A stretch of 64,000 nt of DNA from Vicugna vicugna (taxonomy: Eukaryota), in contig MU058153.1 in NCBI GenBank assembly GCA_013265495.1, positions 1,490,001 to 1,554,000 of the forward strand. Direction: 5' to 3'. Below, piece after piece: positions 62,901-64,000 of this stretch; the first letter of the stretch is position 1; every line of letters begins with the position of its first letter. Made by a program: the position numbers and the translations under genes. The notes under the pieces were generated by a model. That model worked only from the letters and a program-made list of their open reading frames with translations, did no database searches and was not told where the DNA came from.

Positions 62901-63554
62901 TATTTTTTTGAAGGGGGATTCTTATTGGGGTTTTGGTTAATGGAATATTTTTCTCTCATTCCTCTTATACAGTTGATCTTCACTAATAATAATAAACATG
63001 CTATGTATTTTCTCCTTTGGCATCAGTCATGATCACCCCAAATATTCTAAGAGATAGAAAAACATTAACAATTCAGCTACACTATCTCAGTGCATTTTCC
63101 TTTGAGGAATAAACTATGGCAAAATGAAGGAAAATTCTGGAGCAGAGAAGTCCCCATTTCTTTTTGGTTGAGGAAGCTCAGGGCCCCACTTCACCATGCA
63201 GTATCCTGAATCTTACACTGACACAAGTTCCTTAAAGAAATGACAGCATGTGACAAACTGTCCCCCGAGTACCAATGTTTCAGGTATGTGACAAGGATCA
63301 TTATCACCAAGGAAGACTGCATTCCAAGACCTTTCCCAATGGACATTCGTCTTGAAGAATTTACTCAAGACCTGGGTCTAGTCCTTGGCTTTTTACCCTC
63401 AGAAGTGCAATTTTGGTAGCTCATCATAAGGGGGTTGTAGTCACACTCACTAAACACATAAGAAATGGATATGTAGAAGAGAATGCCAATTTGCTAAATT
63501 ATAGTTAGAACTCTAACAGATCCTTCAAGTACTTCAGTCTGTCAAAGCTTTCCA

Positions 63555-63735
63555 TGTAGAACTTAAACTTTTTTGGAATCCTAAATCTCTTTGCAAATGT
63601 GATGATAAAACCAATGAATAATCTTACTACAAAAATACACAATCACATTTATACAAAAATTTGCACATAATTTTAAGAGATTCACAAATGGTTTAAAATC
63701 CATTTATGAATGTCTTAGGAGCCCATCAACTGAGC
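63555..63735. mobile_element. MER103-like hAT MITE
   Basis: ACTTTTTTGG..TCTTTGCAAATGTGATG..AAAAATACAC..ACAAAAATTTGCACATAATTTTAAGAGATTCAC..ATCCAT. Confidence 0.6.
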
Positions 63736-64000
63736 TATGCATTTTCATGGAAAAGAAAATTATAATTAAATAAGGTGGTTGTTGAGAAATCAAACGAAGA
63801 AATTATGATTATATGATTCAAATTGCTTTAGCATCAGATTATAATAGTCTGATGTATCAATCGTTCTCCATAATTGTGATGCAGGAAAAATGGATGTGGG
63901 GTGTGAAGTGGGCCATGTCCCAGGTCTCAGCTGAGTCGCTGGGATGTGCCCTGCCAAGTGTGAGTCCTTGGCTTAGCGCAGGAAAGAAGAATTCAAGAGC

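Noticed and set aside
1..64000. ORF-track proteins as real CDS (all 150 aa or shorter)
   Set aside because: No recognisable domain. Many start at TTG/GTG, overlap repeats or low-complexity DNA, and occur on both strands as expected by chance in mammalian non-coding DNA.

Overview
Mammalian, non-coding-looking genomic DNA (gene desert or large intron), most probably camelid (alpaca/llama/camel). The species call rests on four copies of a tRNA-Ala(AGC)-derived SINE matching my recollection of the camelid Vic-1 family, cetartiodactyl-type L1 3' ends, and the absence of recognisable Alu, BovB/Bov-A or PRE1. I can support no protein-coding gene, and none of the ORF-track proteins resembles a family I recognise. 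Interspersed repeats dominate: a cluster of minus-strand ERV solo LTRs in the first 6 kb (one apparently nested), MLT1 MaLR LTRs, L1 3' ends (one a clear twin-primed 5'-inverted insertion), L2, MIR and hAT/Tigger MITEs. Between them are repeat-free, homeodomain-motif-rich blocks that look like conserved enhancers. The main structural feature is a near-identical 2.3-kb head-to-tail tandem duplication (12177-14483 / 14485-16798). It starts in a (TG)n microsatellite and breaks a MER5 element, and is either a young CNV or an assembly haplotype artefact. Also notable are an unexplained 41-bp direct repeat 1.7 kb apart and several plus-strand candidate small exons. I found no convincing new biological system. 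Repeat family names come from recalled consensus sequences, not a database search, and boundaries without a TSD are approximate.
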